From: an uncultured Gammaproteobacteria bacterium
GTDB taxonomy: Bacteria > Patescibacteriota > Microgenomatia > 2-02-FULL-39-11
DNA: 64,000 bases
Assembly (NCBI GenBank): GCA_964354025.1
Contig: CAYGXQ010000001.1
Span: forward strand, 5,963 to 69,962
Direction: 5' to 3'
Positions 26,779 through 36,925 of this stretch are shown one piece after another. The notes under the pieces are model-generated. The model did not search any database and had not been told where the DNA came from. It saw only the letters and a program-made list of their open reading frames with translations. Position 1 is the first letter of the stretch. Each line of letters opens with the position of its first letter. The position numbers and the translations under genes were made by a program.

Positions 26779-27987
26779 ATGGAAGAATTGGACAGGCTAT
26801 ATCCTTTGATTACGAGCGAAGACCTGACGAAGTACGCCAAACTTTTCCAAAGGGATTTGATCGCCGCTTTGCACAACCAACAGTCTTCGCTTCCTTCCAT
26901 CCTCAATCCCATCCATAAAATTTCAGCCAAAGAGGGTTTTGGAGTGGCTCTCTCCATCGGCGGGACCAACGGTTATGTCTCGGCCTTCCGGATCTCCCGG
27001 AAAAAGGTGATCACTTTCTTAAACCGGAAAATATTTAATCTGCCGGAAAAAACGACCAGGGAAGAACTTTTTCATTTAATCACTAAAAATGTTTTTGCGG
27101 TGGCCTCCGGCCGGAAGAAAAAATTCCCCATAGGTATCGGTCTGGCATACACGCTGAAGCCGGTGCTTCACCACCGCTTCATCGACGGCACTTTGATGTA
27201 TATGTCCAAGGGCAGGGAGATTGAGGGACTGGTGGGACTGCGGGTCGGACAGGAATATCATAAATTTTTAATCGATAAATACGGGATTGATACGGAAGTG
27301 GCGGTGGCCAACGATGCCATTTGTCTGCTTTTGGGCGGAGACGGAGTGGAAATTGCCGGAGTGGTTGGGACAGGACTTAACTTCGCCTATTGGGAAAAAA
27401 GGACGGCCATTGCCCCTTTGAAACTCGGGGAGCTTAATAATTTCTGCCAGGGGGATATCGCCGTCAACATTGAGTCAAATAATTTTGACAAGATAGAGGG
27501 GACGAAGTTAAGAAGCATTGTCGATAAAGAAAGTGAAGATGTTGGATATTCTCTGGCGGAAAAAGAAGCCTCAGGTGCTTATCTGTACCGGCTGTTTAAT
27601 GCCGGAAAAGTGAAACTTTTGGGCAAAGATTTTCCCGATCTGTCTTCCACCGATCAGCTGAACGATATTCTGACGGGCGCTTATATTTTTCCGAAAAATA
27701 TCAGTCAGGAAAAAATAAAAAAGGCCGGACTTTTTGCCCAGCGACTGTTACATCGGAGCGCCCAGATTACGGCCATCCAGTTATGCGGGATCTTCATGAA
27801 AATCGGCAAAACCAAAGGAATAGTATCGGTAGTTATGGAAGGCGGGATTTTTTGGAAAGCGAAAAACTACGCTTCCTTGGTTAACCTTTACGTCAATATG
27901 ATCTTGCCGGAAGTGATCCCTTCTTTTGCCCGGCTTTTTGGAAGCAGTCGTCGCGGAATGGCCATTCTGGCCAGCAGCTTGATCTAA
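26779..27987 (+). CDS. Hexokinase-family protein (eukaryote-type fold)
   Basis: SIGGTN, VANDA, GVVGTGLNFAY, NIES, EKEASGAYL. Confidence 0.8.
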   Translation: MEELDRLYPLITSEDLTKYAKLFQRDLIAALHNQQSSLPSILNPIHKISAKEGFGVALSIGGTNGYVSAFRISRKKVITFLNRKIFNLPEKTTREELFHLITKNVFAVASGRKKKFPIGIGLAYTLKPVLHHRFIDGTLMYMSKGREIEGLVGLRVGQEYHKFLIDKYGIDTEVAVANDAICLLLGGDGVEIAGVVGTGLNFAYWEKRTAIAPLKLGELNNFCQGDIAVNIESNNFDKIEGTKLRSIVDKESEDVGYSLAEKEASGAYLYRLFNAGKVKLLGKDFPDLSSTDQLNDILTGAYIFPKNISQEKIKKAGLFAQRLLHRSAQITAIQLCGIFMKIGKTKGIVSVVMEGGIFWKAKNYASLVNLYVNMILPEVIPSFARLFGSSRRGMAILASSLI

Positions 27988-28028
27988 TAACTTCTCCATT
28001 GTAATTATTCAGTTCTTCCCAAAAACAA

Positions 28029-28129
28029 TGTCATTGCGATCCCGATGGAAATCGGGAGAAGCAATCCCGTGATGCTGCAATAATTCCTGCGGGATCGCCA
28101 CGGCCAGTCGGACTGGCCTCGCGATGACA
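28029..28129. repeat. REP/REPIN-like element, family B (TGTCATTGCGA...TCGCGATGACA)
   Basis: Terminal inverted repeats, internal GCAATCCC/GGGATCGC pairing; related to 45933-46002. Confidence 0.85.
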
Positions 28130-28205
28130 TATTTACTGGGACATACTGAATAGATACCCTCCATTCCATTGACTATCCGTTTATATTCCCTTACCATGAA
28201 ATTAT

Positions 28206-31200
28206 ATGAGTTCACCGGAACACGGACATCATGGAGGAGACGCCAAGCCGGATTTGATGAAAAGGCTGGCTCAATTTTTTAGGGCGCTTTTTCAAAATAA
28301 AGCGGAGAAAGAGATGGCTGAAAGGGCAGCCGCGGGAGAAATCGCTAAGCGCGATTACGCCAAACACGAAACTGAAGCAAAATGGGAAGAGGAAAGAAGA
28401 AAACGGGAAGAAAGAGACCGGACACGAAAATACCATGAAGCCAGAAGCGCGGAAGTGGCTGAAGCCGAGGTGGAAGTAACCAGACGGCAAAACGCACAGA
28501 AAGTGAGAGATAAGCTGCAAGATGTAATCAATGATACCTCCGGTCAAAACGATATCGAAGGTTCAAGATATCTAATGGCGGAGATAAGAGGAAATACACA
28601 TGTACAAGAAGCCTTGAAGCATCTAATTGACGAAAGTCCCAACGCTAGGGAAGTCATCAGGGAGTTTTTGACGCAAGATAAGCGGGTTCACGGGAGAAGT
28701 CGGGAACTGATCAAACTGACACAGGCGCTTTTGTATGAAGCCCAAAAAACCGGTGACATAGGCAACTTGGATTCTTTTATTACCCAAGTAAAAAAACAAA
28801 TTGACGGACTTTTGATAGATGAATATTCCGCGGCAAATAGAGCAGCTAGGGGAAGGAGGGGGCAGGGATTTAATACTTTCAAGGAATTCTTAGAGGAGGA
28901 ACCGGGAATCGTGATGACTGATGACGAACAAAAAGAACTACAAACGCCTGTTTATTATAAAGATAAAGATAATAAAGATACAGATAGAGTCAATGAAACG
29001 GAAACTACGGAGAAATGGAAAAGAATAGTTCAGGAAATGGTGACAGAACCTCGAGTTGGTACCGTCCGAGCTTTTACTGCTGCGAAAGTAGATAAATTTG
29101 CCGAGAATTATGGCGGCAATATTCCTGACAGTCAAGTTGTCATTGATAAGATGGTGGCGCCGCTTGACCGGGTTTGGGGCGAGCTTGAAAGGAAAGATGT
29201 TGCCGGACAGTTAACGAGTGAAGATTTAATCAAATACAGCCGACAATTAGTCAGGGAAGAATCGCAGATCCGGCCAACTGATGTGGCGCCGGGAAGTGAT
29301 GCTTATTTTGCCGCTTCTCGAGCAATGGGGGATTACATGAATAATAAATTGGAAATTTTAGCCAAGAAGCTGGAAGAAAAATTAAAAGCGGAGAAAGTGG
29401 TCATGAAAGAAGGGATTAACGATGAGACGGAATTTTTGGCGGAAATGGCCAAAAGAAAAGGCCGGATAGGAGATTTGTTTGAACTTAACCCGGCGATGGA
29501 AGAACTTTTATACGGATTGGATGATAAAAGCCGTAAGTTTCGGGATAGAGTTTTTATGAATATCCACTCCAGAGTTTTATCCGATCAACGGAATTCCTCA
29601 AACGATAACTTCGGCCTTTACGAGCGGGCGGATTTTTCGACTATAATTGATCTTTTAAAAGTAGGATTGGAAAAATTTAAGGTAATGGAAACAGGCAGAA
29701 GTTTGGGTGAAACTCTAAGCGACCATTACAATAATCTCAGCAACGCCATCCGCCAGTGCCGGGACATTGATTTTTGGGCCTCCCAACCGGCTGCCAATTC
29801 GGAGAACTTCAACAAATCTCTCGGCATGTTCCAAAATGAGTATGTCAAAGAAGCTCTTAACATCCCTGGGGTGATAGTGGCTTTCCGGGCTTTTGAGGAT
29901 AATCTTCGCAGTATTATCGCTTCCAACGACGGTTATCTGCCGCCGGCTCTCATGGAATACGATGCGACCAGCGGACGCTCTTTCTGGGATAACATGTCCC
30001 GGGCACAGGTTGAGAAAATGGTCGGCATGGGAGTGGTCCCGGGTATCAAAAGAGATGAAAGAAATTATTATCTTCATGTCAGAAATAAAGACGGCTATTC
30101 AGTCGAGATGGACTTTAAAAATCCTTTGAAAAAAGAGGATGTTTCCTCCGATGAGTATCTGATGTATATGACTTTGGCCAAAGGGATCGGAATGGCCACT
30201 GCCCGGTATCTGGAAATGATTGCCCAGACGAAAGTCCCGGGGTCGGACAATCCGACGCTGGGTTTGGATACTTTCCACAGTATGCCTTATGAGGGAATGG
30301 CGAAAGCGATGAACTATTTTAATGTCTATATTGAGAAATGGAAAATGGGTTCATATAAATACGGCCATCTCATGAATATGCTGATACCGGATGAAAAAAA
30401 TAGGATGACAATAGACCAAAATGATTCTACTTCAGCCATCCGCGCTTATATGGCTTACCAGGACGGCACTTTTGAGGAAAAATTCGGCACTGATGCCAAA
30501 AGATTTATTGACCTGACTAATTTCTCCGGCATTTCCTCGGCTATAGGCAAAGACACAACCTGGCGGCAATATGACATGACGCTTGACTGGGAGGACCGGA
30601 AAAAAGAATTTTTAGGCGGTCCGACGCAGCTGGTTTTAAGCAAAAGATACGCGGAGGAGAAAGTCAAAGACCATCTGGTAGTGGCCAAATATCGGGAGCA
30701 ATACCGGCAGGAACTAATCAGCCAAAAATCCGGACTGCCGACCAGCGGCGCCGGTTTTGATAAGCTTTGGCGGGAATACGGGAAAAATAGATATGCTTAT
30801 AACATTGAAAAGGAATGGGAAAAACTTAACGGGCTTGACCCTAAAAAAGGCAGACAGCATACGGCTTTATGGCATCAGACAGACCATTTGATAGGAGCAT
30901 ATAGAAATGCCTTGAAGGCGAGAGTCTGGGTAGAGATGGCCATGAGAAATCCTCTGGTGGTGGCTCACAGCTTAAAAGTCGACCTTCCTTTGGTTGGGGG
31001 AGAGAAACGGAAGAAACAGATGACTCTTCATACCATGCTGGTACAGGATATTTTAGGCATTCCGCCGGAAGATACGAAATACGGTGAGGAAGTCGGTAAA
31101 TCCGCTACCAGAAAATCACCGACAAAACAGCAAGAACAATACATGATTGACGTCATGAATCTGGAGTGGGATCTGGCGGCAGTACGGGAGAAAGCCATCA

Positions 31201-32180
31201 ATGGTGAAGATACAGAATATGTGAGAGATCTGACCGATAAGGATTTTAAGGTTATTGGAGATGAAAAAAGGAAAGAACAGGCTTTGGCTTACTGGAGAAG
31301 AGTGAAAAAAGTAATTTTAGGCAGCGAAGATTCGGCTGAAGCGGATAGATTGATTAAACATTTTGGTTTGGGTCTGATGGAAAATCAGGTGGATTACGAA
31401 TGGGATCATCATCACATCCATGAATTGATGACCGATAAAAAGGACGGCTTTTTGGATAAATTAGATAAACAGTTAAATCAAAGTCCGATGTTTACGATTG
31501 TCGGTTCAGACGGCCAACAGATCGAAATCCCTTTTCTTTTGAAAAAAGCGGTGAAGATGGAGCCGGAGTGGATTTTAGGAACTGACGATATGGTTTTTAA
31601 CAAAATGGATATCCTCAATCTCGGTTCAAGACAGCTGATAAGAAGAGGAGGCGATATTGCCGCCCACCAGGCCGGCGGCGATGCCGTTATTCAGTATCTC
31701 CTGTATGGTTTAACGCCAACGCCAAATAAGGAAGAAGCGGTGAAACTGCTTGCCAAACTTCGTGATGCCTACTCCGGCGATATGATTGAAATCGGTTGGT
31801 CAGTTGGATCCAATCTTGCTTACATGACTGACCGGCTTTATGCCTGGGATTGGAATCATTATGGGCAGTCGGTCGCGCAAAGAGATGTCTGGGGTACAAG
31901 AAGAGGAGTGGCCTCCTGGTTAGCCAATGAAAGACGGGAATGGTGGGATACTTTGGAACACGCTGATGTTTTTCCGCCGAACGCGCATTCTTACTTTTAT
32001 AACATCGATGATAAAGTAAATATCCATACAATGAGAAAATGGTGCCACGCGGATAATTCGGATGTCTGGAAAGAAATCATTGCCCTGGGAGTTTTACTGG
32101 CTTTGGCGATCACCATCTACCGTGCCTTCACCGCCCCAAGTGAAGAAGAAGAGGGCGGCGGTAAAGGCGGACACCATTAG
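28206..32180 (+). CDS. Large hypothetical protein (1324 aa) with N-terminal coiled coil and single C-terminal TM
   Basis: Long ORF; IIALGVLLALAITIY near the C-terminus; no recognised domain. Confidence 0.8.
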   Translation: MSSPEHGHHGGDAKPDLMKRLAQFFRALFQNKAEKEMAERAAAGEIAKRDYAKHETEAKWEEERRKREERDRTRKYHEARSAEVAEAEVEVTRRQNAQKVRDKLQDVINDTSGQNDIEGSRYLMAEIRGNTHVQEALKHLIDESPNAREVIREFLTQDKRVHGRSRELIKLTQALLYEAQKTGDIGNLDSFITQVKKQIDGLLIDEYSAANRAARGRRGQGFNTFKEFLEEEPGIVMTDDEQKELQTPVYYKDKDNKDTDRVNETETTEKWKRIVQEMVTEPRVGTVRAFTAAKVDKFAENYGGNIPDSQVVIDKMVAPLDRVWGELERKDVAGQLTSEDLIKYSRQLVREESQIRPTDVAPGSDAYFAASRAMGDYMNNKLEILAKKLEEKLKAEKVVMKEGINDETEFLAEMAKRKGRIGDLFELNPAMEELLYGLDDKSRKFRDRVFMNIHSRVLSDQRNSSNDNFGLYERADFSTIIDLLKVGLEKFKVMETGRSLGETLSDHYNNLSNAIRQCRDIDFWASQPAANSENFNKSLGMFQNEYVKEALNIPGVIVAFRAFEDNLRSIIASNDGYLPPALMEYDATSGRSFWDNMSRAQVEKMVGMGVVPGIKRDERNYYLHVRNKDGYSVEMDFKNPLKKEDVSSDEYLMYMTLAKGIGMATARYLEMIAQTKVPGSDNPTLGLDTFHSMPYEGMAKAMNYFNVYIEKWKMGSYKYGHLMNMLIPDEKNRMTIDQNDSTSAIRAYMAYQDGTFEEKFGTDAKRFIDLTNFSGISSAIGKDTTWRQYDMTLDWEDRKKEFLGGPTQLVLSKRYAEEKVKDHLVVAKYREQYRQELISQKSGLPTSGAGFDKLWREYGKNRYAYNIEKEWEKLNGLDPKKGRQHTALWHQTDHLIGAYRNALKARVWVEMAMRNPLVVAHSLKVDLPLVGGEKRKKQMTLHTMLVQDILGIPPEDTKYGEEVGKSATRKSPTKQQEQYMIDVMNLEWDLAAVREKAINGEDTEYVRDLTDKDFKVIGDEKRKEQALAYWRRVKKVILGSEDSAEADRLIKHFGLGLMENQVDYEWDHHHIHELMTDKKDGFLDKLDKQLNQSPMFTIVGSDGQQIEIPFLLKKAVKMEPEWILGTDDMVFNKMDILNLGSRQLIRRGGDIAAHQAGGDAVIQYLLYGLTPTPNKEEAVKLLAKLRDAYSGDMIEIGWSVGSNLAYMTDRLYAWDWNHYGQSVAQRDVWGTRRGVASWLANERREWWDTLEHADVFPPNAHSYFYNIDDKVNIHTMRKWCHADNSDVWKEIIALGVLLALAITIYRAFTAPSEEEEGGGKGGHH

Positions 32181-32196
32181 TTACTACTAGTTACTA

Positions 32197-33654
32197 CTAC
32201 TTGTGAGTTCCTTTATCTCCACCTCCGAAGATACCGCTGGCCATCATTTTCAACTGGCCCATATAGTAGAACTGGCTGGCCGCGCCCATGGCCGTCTGGA
32301 AAGAACCGGTCAAAGGCGCCATGATGGTGCCCGGAGAAACAGGCAGGGCCGGTTTAGGCGCGAACATCTTTTTGATCGAGGCAATCAAAGTCGGGGCCAT
32401 GAAAAGGACACCGATGCCGATAAAAGCGGAAAAAACAGGAGGAGTCCCTATGCCCAAAAGAGGCGGTTGCCAGGCCGTGTTTTCCGGATTTTGGGAAGTC
32501 AAAAACATGGCAAACATCAAGACGGCGGCGGTGGCCGGGAAGACGACCAGATTAGCAATGACATTTAAAATCCAGTCGGTAAAAGCGGATTTGCCGGGGA
32601 CAGCCTCCGCCAGAAGCTGGATCGGGCCAATGATCAAAGAAATCATCACCTGGATATAGGAATTCACCAGAAGAAGTACCAGTCTGATGAAAGTAAAAAG
32701 CAGTCCCAGAGCCAAAATCAATATAATAATAGCTGATGGAGCAGCAGCGACAGCTGCTGTGCCCAAACCGATAGTAACGAGACCGGGAATCATAGAAATG
32801 AGTCCAATTACAACAGAGATACCGCCCAGTTGACCTCCATAACCTTTGATAAAATCGTCTACAGATCGGAAGCCGCCGCTGAAAACCGATCCGGCTAAAG
32901 TGCCTAACCCGCCGGTCATATACTGGCTTTGCAGTTCCGCCACTTTTGAAGCAAAACCGCCGCCCATGCCCTGAGCCATGACAGAGATCAGGATAGCCAT
33001 GACCAGATACATCATGTCAATCAGAAAACCGACGATCGGATAAGAAAGGGTGATCAGGACTAAAGTCAGAATGATTTTTGGTAAAGCCGCCTGAAGAGAG
33101 ATGACTGTTTTCGGATCAATTTTCATCCGGAAGATGATCATGAAGCCGATGGCCACCATGACGATAATCAAGATAGCGTAAGCAATATTTCGGGAAGTTT
33201 TCCAAAGAGAAAGAAGCGGGGTCATGGCGGCAAAACCGATCCCTTGGGCAAAAACAGGCTTGATAAAGCCGGCGTTGGCCAGATAGTCACGGGCATAATA
33301 GGCAAAACTGGCCGGAGGATTAGCGTAAATGGATGCTATAACTGTGCTGATATTTCCCAGAGCCGTTTGCTGCGGATTACAATTGTTATCATCAGGAAGG
33401 CAGACTAACAAACTAGTAATAGCGGCCACTTGGACATTAGCGATAAAGATGCTATGAGGGACCGCAGAAATATCAGTTTGTCCTTCTTTGGCTTTTTCCT
33501 CAGTAATATTTAAGTCGTTGACGATTTCCTTCAAACCCATCCTCCAATATCTTGTAGCGGTAGCGGCCGTAGCTTCTTTGGGGAATGAGAAGAATGGAAT
33601 TGCGGCAATAAATATCAAAAGTAAAAATCTGTAGATTTTGGGCAGACGGAGCAT
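32197..33654 (-). CDS. Polytopic membrane protein, VirB6/TrbL-like
   Basis: W...RNIAY, LPKIILTLVLITLSYPIVGFLID, many TM helices; downstream of the pilin array; ATG 33654. Confidence 0.65.
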   Translation of the reverse strand: MLRLPKIYRFLLLIFIAAIPFFSFPKEATAATATRYWRMGLKEIVNDLNITEEKAKEGQTDISAVPHSIFIANVQVAAITSLLVCLPDDNNCNPQQTALGNISTVIASIYANPPASFAYYARDYLANAGFIKPVFAQGIGFAAMTPLLSLWKTSRNIAYAILIIVMVAIGFMIIFRMKIDPKTVISLQAALPKIILTLVLITLSYPIVGFLIDMMYLVMAILISVMAQGMGGGFASKVAELQSQYMTGGLGTLAGSVFSGGFRSVDDFIKGYGGQLGGISVVIGLISMIPGLVTIGLGTAAVAAAPSAIIILILALGLLFTFIRLVLLLVNSYIQVMISLIIGPIQLLAEAVPGKSAFTDWILNVIANLVVFPATAAVLMFAMFLTSQNPENTAWQPPLLGIGTPPVFSAFIGIGVLFMAPTLIASIKKMFAPKPALPVSPGTIMAPLTGSFQTAMGAASQFYYMGQLKMMASGIFGGGDKGTHK

Positions 33655-33706
33655 ATTTTTATTATTCTGCTTTTTGACGGTGGTGTCAATCCTGTATTGT
33701 GTTATT

Positions 33707-33814
33707 GTCATCCCGACCGATTCCACGATAGTGGATGAGTGGAGGGATCTTCCGCGTTCCGTTAGATGGAAGATTCCTCGACGCGGCCATTATCATGGCC
33801 TTACTCGGAATGAC
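33707..33814. repeat. REP/REPIN-like element, family A
   Basis: GTCATCCCGA...TCGGAATGAC; see 21638. Confidence 0.85.
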
Positions 33815-33816
33815 AC

Positions 33817-34137
33817 TCAAGGTGAAGAAGGAATTTCGAAAATCAGGACATTGACGCCGGTGAAGTATTGGATGATTTTAAAAATCAGAAAAGCGACGGC
33901 CATCAGAGCGATGCCGGCAATGGCATAAGTCATCGTTTGTTGGGCGGAAGCGGTTGCTTTATGGTCACCGCCTGAAGTGAGATACTTGAAGCCGCCGATG
34001 ATAAGCATAACCATCAGAGCCAGCCCGGCTAAACTGACGGCGACAGTCAAAATATTGGAAAAAACAATTTCCAGACATTTGAGGGTGGGAACATCAACTC
34101 CGCCCACCGTCTGCATGCAGGAAGTCCAGTCTTTCAT
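33817..34137 (-). CDS. TrbC/VirB2-like pilin
   Basis: GGFKYLTSGGD....A...MTYAIAG between two TM helices. Confidence 0.85.
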   Translation of the reverse strand: MKDWTSCMQTVGGVDVPTLKCLEIVFSNILTVAVSLAGLALMVMLIIGGFKYLTSGGDHKATASAQQTMTYAIAGIALMAVAFLIFKIIQYFTGVNVLIFEIPSSP

Positions 34138-34156
34138 GAGGGTTTAAATCTTCTGT

Positions 34157-34537
34157 TTAATAACCCGACGGCAACTTGATACCTCTCAGGATCGAGATAC
34201 CGAAGAATTGTTCGATGACGATCATCAGTCCCCAAGCGGCAAAGACGATGAAAAGGCCGAGGATGGCCGCCTGGATTTTGTGCTGGGCGGCTTCCACTTT
34301 ACTCTTGTCTCCACCGGAAAGGATCCATTCAACACCGGCGATAAGAAGATAGATGAAAGTCGCCAGAGCAGCCATTACAAGGATAAGACCGACCGCACCG
34401 CTGACTAATTTACCCAAATCGCCTGTTCTCAGATTTGAAGGACTAGGGATGATAATAGGAATGTCTTCAGCGAAAGCGGTTGTTTTTGAGAACAAAACCA
34501 GCGATAAAGTAGAAAGACCGGCGATAATTTTTTTCAT
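34157..34537 (-). CDS. TrbC/VirB2-like pilin with signal peptide, own promoter and SD
   Basis: GVEWILSGGDK..V..A..KI.AAILGL; TTGACA/CATAAT and GGGGAGG upstream. Confidence 0.85.
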   Translation of the reverse strand: MKKIIAGLSTLSLVLFSKTTAFAEDIPIIIPSPSNLRTGDLGKLVSGAVGLILVMAALATFIYLLIAGVEWILSGGDKSKVEAAQHKIQAAILGLFIVFAAWGLMIVIEQFFGISILRGIKLPSGY

Positions 34538-34596
34538 AAAATTTTTCCTCCCCTTATAAAATTATTATGACAATGTTTTGACTTGTTTGTCAAGCT

Positions 34597-34953
34597 CTAA
34601 AATAAAGTCGGCAGTTTTATCTGAAAACCGCCGCCTCCGCCAAGAGGCGAAATGCCCAAGAATTGCAAAACAACAACATACAATCCCCAGGATGCAAAAA
34701 GAATGAAGAGTCCGACGATGGCATTGGTAATTCTTTTTTGCGCTCCTTCCAGCGCTGCCTTATCTCCGCCTGAAGAAATCCATTCTAAACCGCCCTGGAG
34801 GAGATTGACAAAAGCCCAGATAGAGCCGGCGGTAAGCATGACGCCAACCAAAGCGGCAAAAAATTTGGCAAAAATCTCCGGCGCTTTTTCTGGATTTTGG
34901 CCGGAAATACCGGTGACAACTGGATTGGTGATTGGTGAGATTTGATAAATCAT
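34597..34953 (-). CDS. TrbC/VirB2-like pilin
   Basis: GLEWISSGGDK..LE.A..RITNAIVGL. Confidence 0.85.
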   Translation of the reverse strand: MIYQISPITNPVVTGISGQNPEKAPEIFAKFFAALVGVMLTAGSIWAFVNLLQGGLEWISSGGDKAALEGAQKRITNAIVGLFILFASWGLYVVVLQFLGISPLGGGGGFQIKLPTLF

Positions 34954-34955
34954 AG

Positions 34956-35369
34956 TTAAAATCCGATATTCTGTAAAACTGCTCCCGGATTTAAGATGTT
35001 CAAACCGATGATTTTGCCGATCAATCCGGTAATTACCCAGGCGGAAACAACAATGATCAAGCCGATTAGGGCATTAACGATTTTATTACGGGCTTCTTCA
35101 AGATTATGCTTGTCGCCGCCCGCATTCATCCAGCCGTAACCGGCGATAATTATCTGGAAGATAAACCAGAGCGCGGCAACTATTGTTAAGAAACCTATGA
35201 TGCCGCTGAGAGCTTTGTTTAACTGGTTGCCGACTTTGGCGCTGTCGCCAATACCCAAATTGCACATCGCTTTTGCGATCTCTCCGAAACCATCACCGCA
35301 ACCCAAACCTTTGCTTGAAGGCGGAAGCGGGGCGGCCGCGTAGACAGCACTGATTAATTTATTTATCAT
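34956..35369 (-). CDS. TrbC/VirB2-like pilin
   Basis: GYGWMNAGGDK..LEEARNKIVNALIGL. Confidence 0.85.
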   Translation of the reverse strand: MINKLISAVYAAAPLPPSSKGLGCGDGFGEIAKAMCNLGIGDSAKVGNQLNKALSGIIGFLTIVAALWFIFQIIIAGYGWMNAGGDKHNLEEARNKIVNALIGLIIVVSAWVITGLIGKIIGLNILNPGAVLQNIGF

Positions 35370-35740
35370 TGTAATTTCGGTTGTAAAATAGCCGTCGGAT
35401 CTTTGAAAAACAATATACCGAATACCGCCGCCAGCAAAAATGAAGCAACGATAATCACCAATCCCAAGAGAGTTTGCCAGATCCGGTCCAAGGCTTTGGT
35501 GACTTTTTTCGCGTCGCCGCCGGCCGACATATAATCAAAGCCGGCAATAATCAGATTGACGAATGAATAAAGTCCGGCGACAACAAAAACCAGTTTAAGG
35601 ATGGAATTCAGTAAAACCATGATACCGGTTAGCTCTCCGCCTGATCCAATCCCTTCAGGCATATAGGGAGGACGGGAAATGCAACCGATCGGGTCATTCG
35701 GATCGCAGGCGGCCAGAAGGGTGGTTAAAAGATAAATCAT
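35366..35740 (-). CDS. TrbC/VirB2-like pilin
   Basis: GFDYMSAGGDAKKV..A...IWQTLLGL. Confidence 0.85.
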   Translation of the reverse strand: MIYLLTTLLAACDPNDPIGCISRPPYMPEGIGSGGELTGIMVLLNSILKLVFVVAGLYSFVNLIIAGFDYMSAGGDAKKVTKALDRIWQTLLGLVIIVASFLLAAVFGILFFKDPTAILQPKLQ

Positions 35741-35744
35741 ATTG

Positions 35745-36053
35745 CTAGCCTAAAATACCGCTTAGAGCTCCTCCAGTGATGAAATTTATTATTTGTAAAA
35801 TCCAATAGGCTCCAAACATAATAGTAAAGCCGATGATGGCAAAAGTCAAAATATTTTTACGCGATTCGGCTGCGTGTTCGTCGCCGCCGGCGTTCATAAT
35901 CACCCCTAAACCGGTAATGACGATGATAAAAAAGAAAATGACTCCGCCGACGATCAATATTTTCGGCAGCAGCGAGGACACCAGTGAGGAAAGGGTCGGA
36001 AAATTTTTGGCAAGCGGCCACTCTTTACTTATGTCCACCTGTGCGAGAAGCAT
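35745..36053 (-). CDS. TrbC/VirB2-like pilin
   Basis: GLGVIMNAGGD......KNILTFAIIGF. Confidence 0.82.
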   Translation of the reverse strand: MLLAQVDISKEWPLAKNFPTLSSLVSSLLPKILIVGGVIFFFIIVITGLGVIMNAGGDEHAAESRKNILTFAIIGFTIMFGAYWILQIINFITGGALSGILG

Positions 36054-36150
36054 ACCTTCAGTCTAAGGAATCGGAGGCGGATTTGTCAAATGGCGGGAGA
36101 AGAACTAAAATAAGAGCATGAATTTATTAGTTTTGACCGACTTATAAGAT

Positions 36151-36699
36151 ATGTTCGACGAAAAATTGCTAGTCAAAGACATTTTGGCGGGAAACGAAAA
36201 AACCTTAAGGTTTTTTTACCGGCATTTCAAAAATCCCCTTATGAGTTATATAAAAAACAAAGTCGGTAATCCCCAGGATGCCGAAGAAATTATGCAGGAC
36301 GTCCTTCTTTCGACCATTGAAGCTTTCCGGGATTTCACTTTCCGCTGCCGGATTTTTACCTATATTTGCAGTATTGCCAATCACAAAGTGATTGATTATT
36401 ACCGCCGGAAGAAAATAAAAAACATCGTTTTCTCCCGGATCAAAGACGTGGAGCCGTTGATAATTACCCTCTTAAGCCCGGAAACTACTTTCGACGACGA
36501 GCTTTTGAAGGAAAAAATAACCCTGACATTTGGCCGGTTGACACCGCTGTACCGTAAAATTTTAACCTTGAAATATATTGACGGCTATTCCGTTTCCGAA
36601 ATTGCCCGGATGCTCTCCCTTTCTTTCAAAAGCGTAGAGAGCCATCTTTTCCGGGCCAGACGAACGTTTGCGATAATTTTTTCCTATGAAAGAAGATAA
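36151..36699 (+). CDS. ECF-type RNA polymerase sigma factor
   Basis: DAEEIMQDV, IANHKVIDYYRRK, SVSEIA..L..S.KSVES.LFRAR. Confidence 0.93.
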   Translation: MFDEKLLVKDILAGNEKTLRFFYRHFKNPLMSYIKNKVGNPQDAEEIMQDVLLSTIEAFRDFTFRCRIFTYICSIANHKVIDYYRRKKIKNIVFSRIKDVEPLIITLLSPETTFDDELLKEKITLTFGRLTPLYRKILTLKYIDGYSVSEIARMLSLSFKSVESHLFRARRTFAIIFSYERR

Positions 36700-36919
36700 A
36701 ACCTATCAGTTGCTGGTTCAAAGAATGCATGAGGTAGCCCTGTTGCCGACACAAAACGTCGGTTTCTTCACTCCTTTATATAAAAAAATAGCGCCAAAAC
36801 TGAAATTCTCACCCTGGAAAAGCGCCACAGTCATCTCCGTTACGGCCGCCGTCTGTCTGTATATTTTGTTTGGAGCAATTTTGGTTAGATTGGCATCTCT
36901 TCTTCAATTCGGTTTTTAA
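36686..36919 (+). CDS. Small membrane protein, putative anti-sigma factor
   Basis: Overlaps the sigma gene; C-terminal TM. Confidence 0.6.
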   Translation: MKEDKTYQLLVQRMHEVALLPTQNVGFFTPLYKKIAPKLKFSPWKSATVISVTAAVCLYILFGAILVRLASLLQFGF

Positions 36920-36925
36920 CCCATT

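Noticed and set aside
28009-28215. Short ORFs over REP elements (also 33638-33928, 1339-1545 and the end of 45979-46407)
   Set aside because: Frames run through palindromic repeats or antisense to real genes
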